Part shown: positions 11,870 through 34,960 of the stretch, in pieces
How positions within the stretch are numbered: position 1 is the stretch's first letter
How the letters are laid out: every line of letters starts with the position of its first letter
NCBI GenBank assembly: GCA_002269645.1
Contig: NIVC01000212.1
Location: 612,850-676,849, forward strand
DNA: 64,000 bases
Direction: 5' to 3'
Source: Macrostomum lignano
Lineage: Eukaryota
Notes under the pieces: model-generated
The model's database searches: none
What the model saw: the letters and a program-made list of their open reading frames with translations, nothing else
What the model was told of the DNA's origin: nothing
Position numbers and translations under genes: made by a program

Positions 11870-12468
11870 ACCCTACACTGTAATCCCATTCCATTCTACC
11901 CTACACTGCAATCCCATTCCATTCTACTCGTACCCTACACTGCAATCCCATTCCACTCTACCCTACACTGCAATCCCATTCCATTCTACTCGTACCCTAC
12001 ACTGCAATCCCATTCCATTCTACCCTACACTGTAATCCCATTCCATTCTACCCTACACTGCAATCCTATTCCATTCTACCCTACACTGCAATCCCGTTCC
12101 ATTCTACCCTACATTGCAATCCCGTTCCATTCTACCCTACATTGCAACCCCATTCCATTCTACCCTACACTGCAATCCTATTCCATTCTACCCTACACTG
12201 CAATCCCGTTCCATTCTACCCTACATTGCAACCCCATTCCATTCTACCCTACATTGCAACCCCATTCCATTCTAAACTACACTGCAACCCCATTCCATTC
12301 TAAACTACACTGCAACCCCATTCCATTCTAAACTACACTGCAACCCCATTCCATTCTAAACTACACTGCAACCCCATTCCATTCTAAACTACACTGCAAC
12401 CCCATTCCATTCTAAACTACACTGCAACCCCATTCCATTCTAAACTACACTGCAATCCCATTCCATTC
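11870..12468 (+). repeat. 28-bp minisatellite (ctacactgcaatcccattccattctacc)
   Basis: Period of 28 read directly. Confidence 0.9.
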
Positions 12469-12788
12469 GCATGAAATAGTAGGCATATATGGTTCCACAG
12501 TCAGTTCCTGTGCACTCAACCAGATCCTGAATTATCCAATTCATCTCGATAAGACAAGGCCCAGCAGAACCAGGAAACTAGAAAAAGCAAATATATATTT
12601 GCACACCCTTTACCTTTTTTTAACTCTCTCGGAAGTTGGGACCGGGGTCAGGCAAGGGGCGCACAATGCTTTAACTTCCCGTATGGATTGGGTTAATGCC
12701 GCGGCCATTGTCCGTGTGTTGACAATTGAATTAGCCTGGCTTAGTGGATCGAAGATGGGAGAGAGCGTAAAGTGTTCTGTTTATTGCA

Positions 12789-12802
12789 GTTTCCATGGTT
12801 AC
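12789..12802 (-). promoter_or_regulatory. Candidate X-box (RFX site)
   Basis: The reverse complement GTAACCATGGAAAC fits the GTHNYYATRRNAAC consensus. It lies 145 bp upstream of the ATG at 12947. Confidence 0.4.
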
Positions 12803-12946
12803 TAACTCGCTCTTTTTGTGTGCTTTCCGCTGTTTCCACTTGGCCTGCAAAATCTGTGCCTTGTCTGTGTATAAAATATTAGCATCGTGCGGGCTTCACT
12901 TTGAAGCAGAGATCCTGGACTTTCTAAGCCTAGAGAGACTGAGAAA

Positions 12947-22032
<9,086 letters not shown>

Positions 22033-22141
22033 CTAGTTGACATTTTATCGTTCATTTATTAACAAAATTAAGGTTTACTGCCCTCAGTTTAGCTGGTAAT
22101 TTTTAATAGAAATGCGATGTACCTCTTTCTTGCGATGTATG

Positions 22142-22583
22142 CTTTGATTGGCTTTATTGTCTATGGCCGAGTGCATCTCTGTGGCAGTGGCTTTGATTGG
22201 CTTTATTGTCTATGGCCGAGTGCAGTTCTGTGGCAGTGGCTTTGATTGGCTTTATTGTCTATGGCCGAGTGCAGTTCTGTGGCAGTGGCTTTGATTGGCT
22301 TTATTGTCTATGGCCGAGTGCATCTCTGTGGCAGTGGCTTTGATTGGCTTTATTGTCTATGGCCGAGTGCAGTTCTGTGGCAGTGGCTTTGATTGGCTTT
22401 ATTGTCTATGGCCGAGTGCAGCTATGTGGCAGTGGCTTTGATTGGCTTTATTGTCTATGGCCGAGTGCAGTTCTGTGGCAGTGGCTTTGATTGGCTTTAT
22501 TGTCTATGGCCGATTGCAGTTCTGTGGCAGTGGCTTTGATTGGCTTTATTGTCTATGGCCGAGTGCAGTTTTGTGGCAGTGGC
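22142..22583 (+). repeat. 49-bp minisatellite, about 9 copies
   Basis: Same unit and orientation as 13229-13425. Confidence 0.9.
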
Positions 22584-23419
22584 TCAATCTTTTGGGAAAT
22601 TTTATAAATTTAGCACCATTTTAAAATTGAACGGAGCAATCTCTGGCACGATGTACTTTTTATCATGGGCAAAGAGTTTCAAGACCAGAGCAATACTTAG
22701 TTTACGTTGACTTAAGACACAATCTACGTACAGGTTAACTATCTACTAAAATTTTTGAGTGTCAGATTTAGACAATTCTATGCACTCCTTTAATTTCTCG
22801 AACCTAATCATTTTAGCACACGTGACTTAATTTTGTTTATCTTCTTCTCTCGCAAGTACAACGGTTACCCTCGTAAGTAGAAACAAACAATTGTCAAACT
22901 TTCCAGCGTATTTTTAAAATGTCGATAAGAACTCGAAAATCTGGTTTTTTTCTTAGTTTTTTCATCAGTTTAAGTAGCTAAAAGATATAGCAAGCGAGCC
23001 TCTATAGGTAAAGAGACATTCTACAAGAGATTTCTGGCAGAAAAGATTTACCTACAGCTAGCTACCACCCCCTATCCATTGCGCAGTGCGACGTAACTCT
23101 TGCTGTATATAGGAGTAGTTGACAATAATTTTAGGTGAAAAAGACACACCTTCTTCTGTGCAGGCTGGTCAATTTATTACCTGCACCTACAGAGACCTGT
23201 CTATAAAACATGTAGCCATCTTTCTGTAGTCTCTCCTAGTTTGGCAGCAAGTATTCGCATTCCACTCGCCTCAAACGACCCTGCAACTTATAGAATTCGC
23301 ATTTGATCTTTTCTGATAAGAGAATACACGTGTGCAACACTTCAGGTAGAGTTATTGGGCTTATATAGACTCCTGATACACAGAATTTCCTGCTTTGCAT
23401 TGCCTGTACTGTCGGGACT

Positions 23420-26400
23420 ATGTCGGACTTCATCAACTGTTTGATCGTATCTGAGGAGGATTTGCTGTGCAACGGCACCGAGTATCACCTTGCGGATCAC
23501 AAGGCCACGCCAGAGGATGCATTGTTCTGGATTTACTTGGCCATTTATGCTCTGCTGGTGCTCGGAGCTGGTAAGTTCCGAGTCTGATTGAGTCTGTTTC
23601 GTTTTTCATTTTTTCAGTTTCTCTATAGAAGTATTGTACTCGTATAATATGCGTCTACGTCATATAATGAGATACTGATTGACCTTCGAGCATCTGACCT
23701 AACCTATCTTTGAGCATCTGACCTAACCTGTCTTTTAGCATCTGACCTAACCTGTCTTTGAGCATCTGACCTAACCTGTCTTTGAGCATCTGACCTAACC
23801 TATCTTTGAGCATCTGACCTAACCTGTCTTTGAGCATCTGACCTAACCTGTCTTTGAGCATCTGACCTAACCTGTCTTTGAGCATCTGACCTAACCTGTC
23901 TTTCAGCATCTGACCTAACCTGTCTTTGAGCATCTGACCTAACCTGTCTTTCAGCATCTGACCTAACCTGTCTTTGAGCATCTGACCTAACCTGTCTTTC
24001 AGCATCTGACCTAACCTGTATTTAAGCATCTGACCTAACCTGTCTTTTAGCATCTGACCTAACCTGTCTTTGAGCATCTGACCTAACCTGTCTTTGAGCA
24101 TCTGACCTAACCTATCTTTGAGCATCTGACCTAACCTGTCTTTGAGCATCTGACCTAACCTGTCTTTGAGCATCTGACCTAACCTGTCTTTGAGCATCTG
24201 ACCTAACCTGTCTTTCAGCATCTGACCTAACCTGTCTTTCAGCATCTGACCTAACCTGTCTTTGAGCATCTGACCTAACCTGTCTTTCAGCATCTGACCT
24301 AACCTGTCTTTGAGCATCTGACCTAACCTGTCTTTGAGCATCTGACCTAACCTGTATTTAAGCATCTGACCTAACCTGTCTTTCAGCATCTGACCTAACC
24401 TGTCTTTCAGCATCTGACCTAACCTGTCTTTGAGCATCTGACCTAACCTGTCTTTGAGCATCTGACCTAACCTGTCTTTGAGCATCTGACCTAACCTGTC
24501 TTTGAGCATCTGACCTAACCTGTCTTTCAGCATCTGACCTAACCTGTCTTTGAGCATCTGACTTAACCTGTCTTTGAGCATCTGACCTAACCTGTCTTTG
24601 AGCATCTGACCTAACCTATCTTTGAGCATCTGACCTAACCTGTCTTTGAGCATCTGACCTAACCTGTATTTAAGCATCTGACCTAACCTGTCTCTTAGCA
24701 TCTGACCTAACCTGTATTTGAGCATCTGACCTAACCTGTCTTTCAGCATCTGACCTAACCTGTCTTTGAGCATCTGACCTAACCTGTCTTTGAGCATCTG
24801 ACCTAACCTGTCTTTCAGCATCTGACCTAACCTGTCTTTGAGCATCTGACCTAACCTGTCTTTGAGCATCTGACCTAACCTGTCTTTGAGCATCTGACCT
24901 AACCTGTCTTTGAGCATCTGACCTAACCTGTCTTTGAGCATCTGACCTAACCTGTCTTTCAGCATCTGACCTAACCTGTCTTTGAGCATCTGACCTAACC
25001 TGTCTTTCAGCATCTGACCTAACCTGTATTTAAGCATCTGACCTAACCTGTCTTTGAGCATCTGACCTAACCTGTCTTTCAGCATCTGGCCTAACCTGTC
25101 TTTGAGCATCTGACCTAACCTGTCTTTGAGCATCTGACCTAACCTGTCTTTGAGCATCTGACCTAACCTGTCTTTGAGCATCTGACCTAACCTGTCTTTG
25201 AGCATCTGACTTAACCTGTCTTTGAGCATCTGACCTAACCTGTCTTTGAGCATCTGACCTAACCTGTCTTTCAGCATCTGACCTAACCTGTCTTTGAGCA
25301 TCTGACCTAACCTGTCTTTGAGCATCTGACCTAACCTGTCTTTGAGCATCTGACCTAACCTGTCTTTGAGCATCTGACCTAACCTGTCTTTGAGCATCTG
25401 ACCTAACCTGTATTTAAGCATCTGACCTAACCTGTCTCTTAGCATCTGACCTAACCTGTATTTGAGCATCTGACCTAACCTGTCTCTTAGCATCTGACCT
25501 AACCTGTCTTTGAGCATCTGACCCAAACTGTCTTTGAGCATCTGAAATAACCTGTCCTTGAGCATCTGACCTAACCTGTCTTTGAGCATCTGACCTGTTT
25601 TTGCTCATTCTAGCTATCTTAGAACATGTGCCTAAACTTATCTTTGAGTATTTCACCACTTGTCATGAACTGTCTTTGAGCGTTTGAACTACGCCAAGTA
25701 CATAAAGCGCTCTCGACTCTGAAACAAGGAAGAGGTCTCTTAGTACTCTCACTGGTAACCCATATGCTTTTGCAACTCTCTTACCTGCAACCGAACACCC
25801 AAACACAGGCCTAATGAGCGGCCTAACCATAGGCCTGTTGAGTCTCGACCTGCTCAGCTTAAAAGTGCTCAGCGATTCTGGCACAGGCGAGACGAAACGT
25901 TTTGCCAAGCGTCTGTTCCCCATCATCAGACAGCATCACTGGCTGCTGGTGACTCTGTTGCTAGGCAACGCGGCTTGCGTTGAAGCAATGCCGATATTTT
26001 TAGATCGGGTTTCCGATCCAGTGACCGCCATCCTTGTCTCCGTTACGGCTGTACTGTTTTTTGGAGAGTGAGTTTCGCTTTCTATTTTTGCTACTGCCAG
26101 TAGTTATATATTGTTAAAATATCAAAGCGTAGGAAATTTGTCGACTTTTTCAGAGTCATTCCGCAAGCTCTGTGCACCAGATACGGATTGAAGATCGGGT
26201 ACTATTGCTCTCCGTGAGTTGAACGTGTCTATGCGCTTGCCTTTTACACTCTGCATGTGACAGCCAGGTACATGTAGTGTTTTTTGACACTTTTGCACAA
26301 AGATTTTCATAAAACTTGTACATTCGCAGGCCATGAAGGGCCAATCCCAAAAGCAACGGATGTGTTCATGTCTGACGATCTTAAAGTCAAGGTTAGGGTT

Positions 26401-26527
26401 AGGGGTTAAATAAATCTTCATCATCAGGGCATGCCACAATCGTCACAACAAACCATATATTTATAACAAAAATCAGAATCAAGGCGATAGACAAATGGCA
26501 TTAATAAGTAAGTGTATAATATAATAA

Positions 26528-26582
<55 letters not shown>

Positions 26583-29500
26583 TGCCAGCTCACAGCACTC
26601 TGAGTTGGTGTTCCACTCAGCAAGCTGCACATTCAAATTACTGTTCGAAGCTTAATAATTCCATCCAACCATCCAACCAACCGTCCATTCATCCAACCAG
26701 CCATCCAACCATCCATTCATCCAACCAGCCATCCATCCAACCATCCATCCAACCATCCATCCAACCATCCATCCAACCATCCATTCATCCAACCATCCAT
26801 CCAACCATCCATCCAACCATCCATTCATCCAACCAGCCATCCATCCAACCATCCATCCAGCCATCCATCTAACCATCCATTCATCCAACCAGCCATCCAT
26901 CCAACCATCCATCCAACCATCCACCCAACCATCCATCCAACCATCCATTCATCCAACCATCCATCCAACCATCAATCCAACCATCCATTCATCCAACCAG
27001 CCATCCATCCAGCCATCCATCCAACCATCCATCCAGCCATCCATCTAACCATCCATCCAACCATCCAACCATCCATCTAACCATCCATCCAACCATCCAT
27101 CCAACCTTGCGTCCAACCATCCATCCAACCATACATCCAACTATCTGTTTAACACCTTGAACAGCTGCATCGTGTTGTTGTCACAACACGCAGTGCAATC
27201 TAACAAGCAGGGGCTCTCTTTGCTCTTGTGTGCAGGTGTCGCTTAGTTTTTCCTATGTAGGAAACGCTCTGATCAACAGAGCAACGGAATTCGTGAGCCA
27301 TCTAACGTAATAGTTCAACGAATACTAAAACCTGCTCAAAAACCGTCTCACCCTCCAGCATAGTGTACGTCTGCATGGCTGTGATGTCCCCAATTGCGTT
27401 TCCCATATCCAAACTGCTCGACTGCATTCTGGGTACCGACCACGAGACCGTGTTCAAACGCGAAGAGCTCAAATCTCTGGTCAGTTTCCATGGCCCGGAG
27501 ACTCGCAGACAGCCGCTTAGCGGCCGGATGTCTGCGCGGTCTCGGACGAGCTCGCTGGTGTCCAACGCGACTGCAGGGGCCGGCGAGTTGACATCGGCGG
27601 GCAGCGGTGACAACCGGAGTGACCAGCACAGACGGTCGGTGCTGACAAGAGACGAGGTCAGTATTGTTTAGCACCTCTGAATACAATGTATCGTCAGTGT
27701 CAAAGCAATAAGTAAGTTGCAATTTTCAAAAGACCATCAGGACAAGCCAATTGAACTGCTTCTTATTGATTGGCTTTCTACATTGAGTTTCTTACCAGGA
27801 AACTGTTATCCGGCCATTATTTTGCTACCAAAGCAAAAACTCGCACAAAAGTCAACGATTTTGCAATAGAGGTCCTCCGACGTTCCCATTCCCCATTTAC
27901 ACACACGAGGCGTGAATGTAGATAACAATTGCAGTAAAAATCTCACAGACAACTATTTTTCACAGACAACTTCTTACGTGTTTTGGCCTTAGATCAGGTG
28001 ACTTTTACTTGGCTGTACGAGTACGACCTTATCCGAGCATTATTTGCACAATCTGTCAGTGGCGTATGCAGGAATTTTAATTAAAAGGGCCGCTAACCCC
28101 AAAGAAGCCCAAATATTTGGTTTATTGGTGAGGGCGCTTCTGTCTCTTGGTGAGTGCCCACTGTCTCTTTGGTTGGCGCCTTTACCCCTGTCTCTTGGTT
28201 GGCGCCTGTCTCTTGGTGAGCGCCCACTGTCTCTTTGGTTGGCGCCTTTACCCCTGTCTCTTGGTTGGCGCCTGTCTCTTGGTGAGCGCCCACTGTCTCT
28301 TTGGTTGGCGCCTTCACCCCTGTCTCTTGGTTGGCGCCTTCACCCCTGTCTCTTGGTTGGCGCCTTCACCCCTGTCTCTTGGTTGGCGCCTTCACCCCTG
28401 TCTCTTGGTTGGCGCCTTCACCCCTGTCTCTTGGTTGGCGCCTTCAACCCTGTCTCTTGAGCCGGTGGACGCGGCGGCCAAGAGGTGGCAAAAGTCGAGC
28501 TCCGGTCATTCGTCGAGTTTTGCGTGGTCACCTTTTTTGTTTAGTTTTTGCAAGAGCGTAATTTTGTGAGGACGATTGCGGGGAGTCACGGCTCGTTGCC
28601 CCCCCCTCTGCGTACGCCACTGCAATCTGACATTTGTCCTGCTCTAGAATTGAATGCATAGTTAGCTCGCATGCATGACTGTACATGTGCGCAGTGCAGT
28701 ACACTATAAGTGTGTGTGTGTGTCTACGTACGCATCCATACTCAGAGGGACAGTGGAATGAGCTTAGCTGCTTTGCCTCCTCGCTAAATACAGTTCGACT
28801 CGTTTTTCCTTGATTTGCCTCGGCATCTGAAAGCCCCATTGCGACTAAAATTCTACGAGTACACTCTCCAATTTTTCTGCATGGCTTTAAACATTCGATT
28901 CTCCAACTCCCCAAGGTAACCATCATCCGGGGCGCTCTGGAACTCACCAGCGTCACAGCTGGAGACGCCTGCACTCCTATCGAGAAGGTGTTCATGCTGT
29001 CTGATGAGCTCACATTGGACTCAAGCACTCGACAGCGGATTATGCAGAGTGCTCACTCTAGAGTGCCAGTTTATCACGGAGAAAATCGCGGCGACATTCG
29101 CGGTCACCTGCTGGTGAAGATGCTGCTGCTGTTTGAGTCGCCCGCCAGCCCATCGGTGCAGGAGCTCATGACCAACAGGAAGTGTTTCCGGGAGATGCCG
29201 TTCGTGAAGAGCAGCGCCCAGCTATACGATTTGTTGAGAATTTTTCAACTAGGAAAGAGTTGAGTACCTGTGAATTTCGGCATTTTCTTTAATTTGTTGT
29301 GATTTTAGGCGATGAGAACCAGTTTAGTAATTCGAATCTTTCCTAATCCTATTTAACTAGGTCACATGGCTGTCGTCCTTGACAACAACTCGTCCTCGCC
29401 AGGTGGCGTTCGAGGCATCATCACGCTAGAGAACGTGCTCGAAAAACTTCTACTCGATGCTATTCAAGACGAAGCTGACAATCTTCGAGAGGAGTTCAGC

Positions 29501-29710
29501 CAAAGCGAGGGTCACGTGACACTACTCAATTCGCAGCGACAGATTTATAGCAATGGTTTCCAAGTGAACCGCGAGGTTAACAGCCTTTCGGTTGCTAGGC
29601 CTGTTGCTAGGGCGTCGGAAGCAGACGGAAGCGACTCTGTGCAAGTGGAGGTGATGACGACTAGAGACACGGAGCGAACTCCCCTGCTGATGGGTCGGAA
29701 AATTTCCTGA
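23420..29710 (+). CDS. DUF21 (CNNM TM) plus CBS-pair metal transporter-like protein (short Mam3/plant-type CNNM family)
   Basis: Exons 23420-23570, 25809-26067, 26154-26213, 27359-27656, 28916-29258 and 29361-29710, with consistent phases. Motifs: [112 protein letters not shown]. Confidence 0.9.
23689..25597 (+). repeat. 24-bp minisatellite (agcatctgacctaacctgtctttg), roughly 79 copies
   Basis: Head-to-tail units with no spacers. Produces the spurious 644-aa ORF. Confidence 0.95.
26532..27140 (+). repeat. (GA)n run and (CCAT/CCAA)-type compound microsatellite
   Basis: Visible directly. Confidence 0.9.
28130..28457 (+). repeat. 26-bp minisatellite (cacccctgtctcttggttggcgcctt)
   Basis: Period of 26 read directly. 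Confidence 0.9.
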
Positions 29711-32023
29711 TCTATCGGTTTCACAACATTCTGAATAAGTACGTCATGCATAGATGCATGTGCATATTCGTGTTATCAGCTACAGCTAGCTCATTAACAT
29801 TATGCTGAACTACTGTATTGCTGATTATAACAATTTAAGAAACGATTTCATTTACAGTGGTCCCGTGTAGTCTATATTTCAAAGACCCTGTCACGTGTAC
29901 ATGTGCATGTTCAGTGTGCACCATGCGTATGCTTAAAAAGAACGAAAAAAGCTTAGAATGACTTAATCTTCATACATGTATTACTTTTTGGCTATAGCTA
30001 TTGCTCATTGATGTTACAAAAATACAAGTACGCGTTGAAGTGCGTTTGAAAGGCATTAATTGAGTTTTACACAGTCTGAAGTAATTATATATACATGTAC
30101 ATTTACGCTCGTTCACAACGTAATATGCAGCGCTTGTTCACTGGAACACAAAAATATTTATGCATACATTATAATGGTGTAAAGGTTATTTTCGGCTACA
30201 TCGATCAGTAACGCAAAAGTTTAAACCTGAATGAACACTTTTCGAACCTCTTAGTGCGCAATTCACATTTCGCATGTACATGCATGCGTTATATATGTAC
30301 ATGTACATGTGATTCACCAGTTTCTACATACACTATACACGCTTCTACTACATTACGTAGATGTTTAGGAGTAAGCGCGGGAATGGTAAGAATTGCATTG
30401 CATGGTTGTGGGATTGGGAACATATGTGGCCGAGCTACAATAGGCCTTTCAACAGCAGAGTGCGTGGCTCGATGGGCAAAATTGTTGCATTTATTATTTT
30501 ATTCTTACGTTGTGTTAATTAAACTGTTAATTACGTCTGCAACAGATCGAGAACGCTGATAAGTAGGCAGCTTTAACATAAATATTGCTTCTCTTTAAAG
30601 CCGTATATTTTAAACCTTCATGGACCATCTAGTACATGTAAACTATACTAACATTTCTCATGTACATTACATGTACATACGTACAAAACCTATACATAAG
30701 TCAAATGTATTTCATTTAACTTTCCGGTCACCTATAAATTTTTTAGCCACTTTTAATTGGATTGTGCACGAATTCACTTCACTTGAATCGAAAGGCGCGT
30801 AAATTTGAGTGATCGCTACGGCGATGCTCGATGCTTCGGAATGCTAGAACCACTAGTATGATAAAATAGACTTTATGTATTGTCTATATTTTCAGCGATA
30901 TAAAGATCTTTTGAAAAAAAATTTATGCTTTAAAATTTATTTTGATAATCAATAATATAGCTGTTGCTTCTTTACGCAAGCGTTACTTTTAATGTGCCCC
31001 TTTCTTTGAAAATCGCGCTAATTCAAAAACCCACAGGGAAATTGGACGGCTCACTCTTCTAGTGTAGTTTTTAGACTCAAGGATGTGCTCGAATTTACAT
31101 TTATTGTATATATTTTTGTTATAAAAATAAAAATCTCCCAAAGACTTTAAATTGCTTCAATTTTCTCATTGATGACTTTGATATTAATAACTTTCTTGTT
31201 GGCTTGAACAAGAGAGCATATTTATGTTGCTCATATGTACATTCTCCAATTATTGATTGCACCACTTTTACTCTTTTCTAATTGCCCTATCCCATATTGT
31301 ACTCACTTGTATATTGTATGCTTTCACTCAATTCATAAATATATCAACCCAGAGCATCTTGCTCAAATGCTTTTCCATTTTTCATTGTTTCTATAGTGCA
31401 TCTGCATCATAGTTTGTCTTTCATCTCTAGTTACTCAAACAACTATAATGTAAAAAACACATAAATACACATTAAAAATATTGAAAAAATCGCTAATGGG
31501 TAAAGGGTTTTTTTCCAAGGTATAGGGGCCATATGAAAAGAACATGGATAGATCAAGATGAGATCTAAGTGATAGAAATTTCCTGCATTACTAGGCCCCC
31601 CCTATATAATATATCTCAAAAATTGTCCCATGTTAACTAGGCCTACTATTTGCTAAGGGACACTTTGTAGCCACACTAAGTGCAACATGCCAAGAACCAG
31701 TTTGTATCAGTGTAGCCATGGGATTTTATTTCATATATAAATTATTTTTTGAAAAATATAGGCTACCTGCCTACCATGGCATAGGTCCAAGAAATAAGTA
31801 CTATTTCTTTTTAAATTAACATACACATAAATGTTTGTGGGCCTTATCAAATAAAAGATAAGTTTTTCCACTTTTGGATCACTAAATTTTGGACACCACT
31901 CATCCTTTTTATTTATTTTAGCACTTGATCTAAAGAAGGAAAATATGATTTTTTAATAAACATTTATGGTTTATGTATAAATTTTATACTTTACTATGGC
32001 CCATTGCAGTCATTAAGCTCTGG

Positions 32024-34807
32024 ATGTCTTTACCAAGAGGCACTGACTTCTATGACTTTCATTTGGATAATAGAGTACAATATCATGGATTCCTGTTGAA
32101 GCGATCACATTTGAGCAACAAATGGCAGAGACGGTAGGCCAACTAAATCCTTTTGATGTTTGTAATAGCAATAACCCCCATTATTTTTAGTACTTTTAAT
32201 CTATTGATAATTCTTTGATTAAAATATTTATAATTTTTAGATTTTGCATCATTAAAGAAGGCTTTCTGCTTGTGTTCAAAGAACAAGAGGCTGACAGAAT
32301 TAAGAGATCATCATTTTACAATGTTAAAGTGAATGTAAGTAAACTAGTAGTATATTTAGATTTTTTGATGTGTTTCTTTATTAAAATGATAGATCAGGTA
32401 ATAATGTATGCAGTAAACTAGATATCATTTTTCCTTAAGATTGTGTCCTAGGTAAGATAAGATAATTGGATCCTGGGAATTAAGGCTGGTGATGTCTCAG
32501 ATTTTAGTTTAAAAAGGCTTTTTAGAAAGAATAAGTGGAACTCGACATGCAGATCATTACTTAGAGATGCCCAAATCTGTACCAATCGCGAGTTGCGCAA
32601 TTCGTCATATCTATTACGGGGTAAGCAGCAGTTGCGTCCAACGGATTTTCACCTTCCGTAGAAATCTCTAGCACTCGCAACAACTCTTGAACCTGTTCAT
32701 AAGTAGTCCACCTCGATTTGTAGCCAAAATAAGCATAAATTTTGTCAGCAAGTTGCTCTGATTGATCGCCCAGTTTGTCGCAAGCAGTCCGAACTGTGTT
32801 GGCTACATGAGGAAGGCTGCATGATTTCATTTCAACCAGATAAAAAACAGCTCGCTGATCTTTGCATGGAATCCATTTGACAAAATGCTCATGCACTACT
32901 TCAAAACACTTGATAACTTCAAAGAAAATGATGATGCTAAGGACTTTTCTTGATCCTTGCATCTCATGAAATATCCCATTCCGCTTTTCAAGTCTTGAAT
33001 GATTTCCTTTCTTTGAGTTGACGCAATCATCTTCTGGCGCTGGCTGCCAAACTTTGCAGCCACTTCACTATCAGGGAGCATTTCCTTGAACACAGATGGG
33101 TTTGAAATGCACAGTGGTGCTTTAATCTGGTGAATGACGTAGCGAATTTTGGCTCGCATTACATTTCATCAAGCTTAGACTTCGCTAAAGCCGCCGAAGC
33201 CGAAAAATTGTCTAATAGACCTCGAATTCTTTGCCTCTTGGAGATTCTCCATGTGCGATTTTCTTTTTGCATGATGCTCGATTGCAGAAAATCCACTTGA
33301 TTCCTACAACAATGGACTTACAGCATGCACGACAGAAAGCTGCGTAGAGCATTCTTAGCTCTTAACTAGCGCGGGTTGGCTTCTCCCCGTCCGTGCCTCT
33401 TGAGCACGTGTCCGAGGAGTCTTTGTCTTTTCTGTCTGAGGATGTCGCTTAGCGTTGAGATGCCGGTTTTTGCTATCAGAGCGCGGTTGGAAAGAGTGCA
33501 CGGGTAGCGGATGTTTGAGCGAGAAGCTCTGTAGGCTGCATTCAAGACTTCCTCCCGACTTGCAGTGATGGGCACAGCCTCAAGGCCTTAGAGGAAGATG
33601 GGCTCGACCGCAGCTCGGATGATGCGGAGTTTGAGCTGGTCGTCCATCGATGAGACAAAAACAGGGCTGAGCTGACCTCCAGGCTTGACCACGCCGGTCC
33701 GCAATGATTTCATCTGGAGAGGCGACAAGAGAGCCAAGGTAGCGGAAGTCCCAGCACTCTACAATCGTGTCACGCCGTTAGGGAGAATCAGAGCAGGGGC
33801 GTCCGCGATGCTGACGTGTAGGACCTTCTCGGGCCAACTCGCTCGCCTTCTTGACAGAGGCGGGTAAGGGTGCGCTGAGCAGCTTCCGGGTCTCGGCAAA
33901 AGAGGGCGATGTCTTCCGGCTCCTGCGGCATGTGACAACAAAAACCGTCTTCTTTCTCAAACGTGCGGCGAAGGACGTAATCGAGCACAACGATGAAGAT
34001 AAATGGGTCGAGGGTGTTCCCTTGCAGGACGCAAGAGCTGGTGGCGAAGTCATCTGTGCGATCCTCGCGGAGCTGGACAATAGCTTTGGTGTTACTATAT
34101 AGGTCCATTACCACGCAGATACTCATAAAATACTCATTTATTGTAAAAAAAATGAACTACAGGCGGCAATCCCGCTGGGTGATTGCGTCATCAACTTAGT
34201 ATCGGACGCCACCGTACAGTGCGGTATCGAGATTAACATATTTGTTCCGTCGGTAAGAAAGTATTTTAATAGATTATTTTCATACTGACTCTATTGTCAG
34301 TAGTTAAATTGCGCACTATCGCTATTATATTTCAGGTTAGATTTCTATTCTCGTGCGAGAACCGTTCTATCCAGCAAGATTGGTATTCCGCTCTCAGCGA
34401 TGCGTCAAGAATGTTAGTTCGACGTTTTCTGTGTCTTTGCTACTCATGCTACTTGTAGTAAAAAGTTGCAAATAATAATCATCTCTTATTTTACACCATC
34501 AGAACGCACGCAAATTTTCAAATCTCTGACAAATTAATTGCCACACTGGAGAGTCAAGGAATGGAGAAGGTGACTCAATCGGAGCGTTATAGAAGTGAGT
34601 ATTTTATGAAAGTTCTTGTTTAAAAATAATTACATTGATAACTTAAAATTAGGCAATTGGTAAATTAACTTTTAAAAATATTTCTTTTGCAGAAATGCTT
34701 GAAGAAGAAGTGGAACTGCGACACAATGAATCAGAGAAGGCTTCGGTAAGTTAAGTAAGATCTTTAGGTTAATGATAAGATGTTCCTTTAGATAGCAGGG
34801 TGGATAA

Positions 34808-34864
<57 letters not shown>

Positions 34865-34925
34865 ATGACAGACACACAGACAGACAGAAAGACAGACAGA
34901 CAGAGAGACAGACACACAGACAGAC

Positions 34926-34960
<35 letters not shown>

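Noticed and set aside
23655-25589. 644-aa ORF, or a CRISPR-like array
   Set aside because: It is a head-to-tail 24-bp satellite with no unique spacers, inside a GT-AG intron of a eukaryotic gene.
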